Shown here: positions 57,191-64,000 of the stretch, piece after piece
Numbering within the stretch: position 1 is the first letter of the stretch
Layout of the letters: every line of letters begins with the position of its first letter
Assembly (NCBI GenBank): GCA_964016885.1
Contig: OZ024750.1
Span: forward strand, 21,638,001 to 21,702,000
Direction: 5' to 3'
From: Eledone cirrhosa
Lineage: Eukaryota
DNA: 64,000 nt
Translations under genes and position numbers: made by a program
The notes under the pieces: generated by a model
The model's database searches: none
Seen by the model: only the letters and a program-made list of their open reading frames with translations
What the model was told of the DNA's origin: nothing

Positions 57191-57606
57191 AATATGATGC
57201 GAAAATTTTTCATAAGCATTAGCATTTTTATTCTTTTTTTCTAATAAAAGATACTACCTATAGGTTTCAAATATTTTTATAAATAACGAAAAATCTAGAA
57301 GGCTTTAGTTTCTCCTTAATAAACTAAACAATATGATGGGAAAAGTTTTGATAAGATTAAGCATTTTTATTCTTTTTTTCTAATAAAAGATTCTACCTAT
57401 AGGTTTCAAATATTTTTGTAAATAACGAAAAATCTAGAAGGCTTTAGTTTCTCCTTAATAAACTAAACAATATGATGGGAAAAGTTTTGATAAGCATAAG
57501 CATTTTTATTCTTTTTTTCTAATAAAAGATTCTACCTATAGGTTTCAAATATTTTTGTAAATAACGAAAAATCTAAAAGGCTTTAGTTTCTCGTTATTAA
57601 ACTAAA
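57191..57606. repeat. 139-bp tandem repeat x3
   Basis: Register ataag at 57212, 57351 and 57490; each unit contains acctataggtttcaaatattt. Confidence 0.9.
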
Positions 57607-57904
57607 GAGTGGAGGGTTGGCTGTATCGGTAGGGTGTCGCGCAACCTGTATTGCAGCATAAAGTTACGACTAATTACATTCTAAGTTCAAATTCTGCCAA
57701 GATTAACTTTACATTTCATTCTTTTGGGGTTTATAAAATGAAATTTAATCTTTTACCAAGATCGTTTCACACTGGTTACATAAGTTGAGTATATGCACTT
57801 AAATGTATGCCTTTTATTAACCGTATTTTTCGGTCTATATATATTAGCTTGAGTAATAATTCATGAGCGTTTTTTTTTTTAAATGTGCAGACCAAAACAC
57901 TTAG

Positions 57905-58235
57905 ACAAATAAAACATATAGTGTGGAAGTTTTCCAAGGCACAATGGGGGATTGGTTCCAAACGTTGATAGCCGTCTGAGAGGGCTGTCTCTTCTCCACA
58001 ACACTCTTTAGTATCTTCCTTGAGCGAATCATGAACGACGCCCTAGAAGTCAATCCTAGCACAATCAGTGTAGGAGGATGAAATGTCACAAAACTCAGAT
58101 TCACTGATAACATCGACAAGGAACTAACTGGAAATGAAGAAGAACCCGCCAAGCTTGTGAACCGCTTCGACGTAACTTCTGCTAGATACAGTATAGATAA
58201 CAGCGCTTAGAAAACCAAGCTGATGACAAACACTT
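57905..58235 (+). mobile_element. RTE-clade reverse transcriptase remnant
   Basis: GDWFQT..AV*EGCLFSTTLFSIFLERIMNDAL...SVGG*NVTKLRFTDNID...KTKLMTN, i.e. decayed QGC.LSP and RFADD motifs. Confidence 0.85.
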
Positions 58236-58950
58236 CACTGTCTTACCAAGAATATCACGGTGGTAAAAACTTTGTAGATGTACTTCTGTCAAAGGAATGC
58301 TCAGTCACTTTCCCATTAATTTCACGTACACAAACATTATATATGCATGAGTGTGTGTGTGTGTGAGAGAGAGAGTGCGCACGTGTCTGTCTGGTTAAGG
58401 AATTCGCTCCACAAACATGTAAGTCTGAGTTCAGACCCCTGCGTGACCCCTTGGACAAGTACCTTCTACTATAGCCAATCTTTGGCCAATGCTGTCTGAA
58501 AAGAATTTGGTAGACGGACACCACCGTAGCCTGTGATGTATGTGTGATTGGGGTATTGCGTATCTCCGTATTTGTGCTCACGTTTGTGCCTATGTTAATA
58601 ACTCATACTTTAGCAGTCCGAGAAAAACGGCAAAAAAGAATGCGATAAAATAAGTCCTACACTTAGAATATACATACTAAAATAAATACTAGGGACCATG
58701 TGATCGAGGAGGTGCTCCAGTATGGCCGCAGTTTAATGTAAATGTTAGAAAAGAATATATATATATATATATTTATTTATTAAAATAACAGATTAAAGTT
58801 TAAGCAAAGAATCACTGCTTTCACCCTTAACGGGATCTTCTGAAACTCAGAAGATCCCGTTAATAAATATTTACTCTACGGTTCTTATATATTTGATACA
58901 TATTTATCCTTATCGAGCCCTCTTTGGATTTTAGTCTTCAAATTTATTAT

Positions 58951-59020
<70 letters not shown>

Positions 59021-59318
59021 TCGGGGCCCCGACGGCTGAGCTCCTGCCGTTTCAACAGCTAGATCTAGCTGTTGAAACACTACTCACTACCCACTCTACT
59101 ACTTCAAGTATCGAAATCTCTGGTGAGTAATGGTCTAACTGGTTTTTACCGCATCCATTCTGATATATATATATATATATGCATTTATATTATATACATA
59201 TACACATGCACATATGTATATATATTAAAATAACAGATTAAAATTTAATCAAAGAATCGCTACTTTCACCCTTATCGAGCCCTCTTTGGATTTTAGTCTT
59301 CACATTTATTTTTATTAC

Positions 59319-59350
<32 letters not shown>

Positions 59351-59359
59351 CATTTATAT

Positions 59360-59419
<60 letters not shown>

Positions 59420-59920
59420 CGTGCATATATATATATGTGTGTGTGTCTGTATGTTTTCTTGAATTGACCTAAACGTCGCATATATTTTCTTCGAGAATTG
59501 AACTATTCATGTTATCTGTCTAGCTATTCGAAATTAGGTATTACTTTTAGCAATAGAAAGTCATAGAATTTTCCATAATGAGGTCAGGATCTTAACGTAG
59601 TGAGTCGTGCCTTTTGCTCTTATCACGTCTTATGTAAGACCGCATAAAAGTAAAACTTAATTCAATAGCGGTAGTACATCAAAACGAACTTTAGAAGAGC
59701 TAGTATATTCCTACATTAATTTTAAGAGTTTTTACTTTTTAGATTTCTCTGTTTTATAGTTTCTATATACTCTGTTATGTTGTTATGTTATGTTAGCGGC
59801 AATGATGTTAGGAAACGTGTTAGCAACTTTATGTATGATTCATCATCGAGTATTTGGAAATATACCAAGCTGATATATGTAAGTGTATGAGCGTATGTAA
59901 ATACATCCTTTCGTACTTAC

Positions 59921-60032
<112 letters not shown>

Positions 60033-60051
60033 GTGTGTGTGTATTTGCATA

Positions 60052-60132
<81 letters not shown>

Positions 60133-60234
60133 ATGCAAATACACACACACACACATACATACATATATATATATATATAAGTACGAAATGATGTATTTAC
60201 ATATATATATATATACATATATGTGCATATATAT

Positions 60235-60316
<82 letters not shown>

Positions 60317-60439
60317 TATATAATATATATATATATACATATATATATATAATATATATATATATACATATATATATGATATATATATATATATAATATA
60401 TATATATACATATATACATATTTATATATATGCACATGT

Positions 60440-60498
<59 letters not shown>

Positions 60499-60560
60499 GA
60501 AATGTATATCTATATGCGTATACAAATATATACACATATATATATATGTATATGTGTATA

Positions 60561-60622
<62 letters not shown>

Positions 60623-61503
60623 ATATATGTGTGTGTCTGTCTGCGTATGTGTGGTAGTCGGTCTGATTGTATGTATTAATGTAAGCTAATGCATTTACAA
60701 GAGAAAGTTTATATTGCATAACCCCTTTATACTTTAGATGTATCCACAATTTCTAGTAACTTTATTGCCACAATATAATTATAAGAACGTTTTGTGAGTG
60801 TTTGTAAGAATTTAAATAGATTATAAAATCACTGACTATATTATTGATAATGTAGCATCAATATCCCGGATTATACTCGAGAAGATACCACACAAACTCA
60901 AATATATTTTAGATATATTCATTCGGATAAATATCTTCTTATTGCCTCTGTCAAATGCAGCGGTATAAACGTAGGTCTACTACAAATGATCAACATGGTT
61001 TTGATTCCCTCGTTTTAGTCACTTATTGAAAGGCTTGAATGTCTCTGAAACCCACTTTCTTGTAGATGCATAGTTTTATTTTTAATTTAAACCTTCGTTG
61101 CCACATTTCAAATGAAATATACTGCTTATATATTTGAAATAAGAAGAAATAATAATGATGAAAATAAAATTTTCATCGGCAAGCTACTATTTGAAACATT
61201 ATTTGATAATAAAGATTTCCTTTGAAAAATTATGATGCAAGCTTAAATATATATGAACAGATTTAAATGAGCATTTTGTATCATAGAATCAGGGTCCGTT
61301 TCAGGGGCTTTCGTATCAAAAGGAGTAGAAGAATTCGCATAAATAGCTACATATATATATATATGTGTGTGTGTGCGTGTATGTATGTATGTTTGTATGT
61401 ATGTATATATATATATGTATATGTATGTATGTATATATATATATATATGAATATATATGTATATATATATGTATATATATATATGTATATATGTATATAT
61501 ATG

Positions 61504-61582
<79 letters not shown>

Positions 61583-61621
61583 ATATATATATGTATATAT
61601 ATATATATCTACGTATATATA

Positions 61622-61682
<61 letters not shown>

Positions 61683-62391
61683 TTGTAGATTTCTTTTAAA
61701 TTTAAATAAATCATGATTTACTCTCGTTAATTTCATGAAGTAGTGAAGGTGGGTGTTTAAGGGGTTATGGTGTTTTGCTTACGAGCGTAAGATTGTGAGT
61801 TTGATTCTGGCTGGCACGTCGTGTCCTTGAAAAAGATGTCTTATTCCACGTTACTTCAGTCAACTTGACAGCAAAAAAAAAAGAGTTGTACCCGTGAACC
61901 TCGTTAAAGAAGAATTGCGCGTTAAGTTCATGAGCGGGCGGTTGCTTTGTTCGAAGAGCTGGAACAATCGTCACGAATCCAACAGTTTCGTGAAGTAAAC
62001 ACGAAAAGTCGCCTCTAAATGATAGGCGTAGATTTGATTCTTGCTCCAGATTAGTTCGCTTCCTTTAGACACCAGTGGAAAGGCTTGAATGCCACTGAAT
62101 CTGCCTAAATATTTTAATTTTAAATGAACCAATTTCTCCTGGGTTCACGAATTGAAATGTTTCACTTCAAAACGGCTTACAATATCATTAAGCTACGGCA
62201 GAATTACTTGAGTATCGTTAACTGTTTTGGTTCTCTGCGTTTTCAGTTCAAATCACTTCTAGCTCAACTCTCCCTGTCATAAATAACCATTTGTAGGTGG
62301 TAAATGGCAGTATTTGTCTCGTCATAAATAACCAAATAAGTTTGAAAAATGTAAAAACAACCCCAATATTTTTCTGCATTCGAAGATTAAT

Positions 62392-62785
62392 AATTCTTTC
62401 TCCTTTTGGCACAAGGCCAGAAACTATCTCAGTACATTACTGGTACTTTATTTTATCGACCCGGTAAGGATGAAAGGCAAAGTTAACCTCGACGGGATTT
62501 GAACCCAGGACGTAAAGGGCCGTAACTCTATACTACAAATCGTGGCGTCCGACCCTCTACCGATACTGCCAATACACCACCCTAAACTAATAATTGTTTC
62601 TACTGTTTGGCACAAGTCCAGCAATTATCCCAGTGCATTACTGGTACTTTATTTTATCGATCCCGTAAGCATGAAAGGCAAAGTTAATCTCGGCGGGATT
62701 TGAACTCAGACCGCAAATGGACGTAATTCTATGCTGCTGCAAAGCATGGCCTGCGACCCTCTACCGATACTGCCAATCTACCTCC
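62392..62785 (-). mobile_element. SINE family A tandem dimer
   Basis: Two head-to-tail copies at about 62392-62582 and 62592-62785. Confidence 0.9.
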
Positions 62786-63585
62786 CTGTCGGCTAATAAT
62801 GAATTTGTATCTGTATATTTGCAACCGTGACATGTGTAATTTAGGTTTTTCTACACTAAATTCATCTCGGATTTTTCAACATTTAGAAGGGACTACATAT
62901 CATTTTAGGGACAACCAATAAGCTATTAAACAATCCTAAAGGAGAATAAAAATATTTTATTTTACGTTTGCGGTATACTCGTACGCTTTTCACCTGAGGC
63001 TGTTATTGAAACTGTAGGTTTTCCTACAATAAGCTTTTCTCAGATTTAATGTTTACTATGAGAGTGCTTGTCTTTTTCAAAATAGCCAATAGGTGGTAGG
63101 ATATGAAACCTGTAAAAACAATATTTTTCTGTGCATGAAGAAAGTTATTGAACTGTTAACTACGTTTTAGTTTGCGCATGTGTTACATTCGGGTGTCTGT
63201 GAAAATGAAAACACACACACACATAGAACAAACAACCAACCAGTAACATGTAAATAAACAAATAAATAAACAAATATAAACACACACAGACACCCGGATG
63301 TAACATGCGCAAACTAAGCACACAACACACACAAAAACAAGATGGCGTAGGACAGAACAAAGGAGAGGCACAAAAGCAAAGAAAAGAATCCCCAGTCACT
63401 GAAGAGGTCACAGAATGTGTGACAAAAGAACATTGACAATATATAAACAATCATCTGGTTGTGGAACCAACCAACCAACCGGAAATTTATAAATTCCTAA
63501 ATTTATAAATTTAATTTATAATAAATTGAAGTGAAAGCAACTGGTGCGTGTGTTTCTTATTGGCAACATGACCCTCCCAAAGCAT

Positions 63586-63632
<47 letters not shown>

Positions 63633-64000
63633 AATACAATAACAGAGAAAGCTTTAAGCTAAACTCTGACTGGTAACCATCTCACTCAACAAACATTAGG
63701 ATATACGTTAGTATAATCCCAATTTTGTGTTTGGGGTGCTAACTATATGTATTTTGTGGAAAGCCAGTTGTATTATTTTATATGAGATATAATTAAAATT
63801 AAAATATATCTCTCTTTCCAAACAATTGTTTCATTATAAGTTTTCTACAAGTTGGGAGAATGTTTCCGGTTTATGTAGAAGCCTAACATATTTTTCTGTA
63901 AGAACATATGCAGGTGGGCACTTATAAATCATCAGTGGATGCCCATTAAACTTTGATATAAGAAAATATTTCTTACCGCAGTTATTTTTCGTGTCCGCAT

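Overview
AT-rich, microsatellite-dense animal genomic DNA; the SINE/LINE repertoire suggests a cephalopod, probably Octopus (inference). The window lies inside one large + strand gene for an NMDA-type ionotropic glutamate receptor subunit (most like invertebrate GluN2/Nmdar2). Four coding exons (7971-8157, 19374-19497, 46702-46913, 56031-56169) splice in frame across introns of 11.2, 27.2 and 9.1 kb and encode the end of the amino-terminal domain and the start of ligand-binding segment S1. Nearly all ORF-track entries are microsatellite artefacts. The introns hold many tRNA-derived SINEs, two Helitrons with intact termini, RTE, R4-like and Tx1-like LINE remnants and a bipartite RTE-derived non-autonomous element. 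The most striking signal is at least six sequence-unrelated families of short elements carrying type I hammerhead-ribozyme folds (CUGANGA...GAAA...UH, several with palindromic stem III). They sit in (TA)n tracts and usually form fold-back palindromes, as expected for Penelope-like pseudo-LTR remnants or retrozyme-like elements. Also notable are locally templated insertions flanked by 30-35 bp direct repeats just upstream of two exons. All folds and alignments were done by eye, and coordinates of decayed repeats are approximate.
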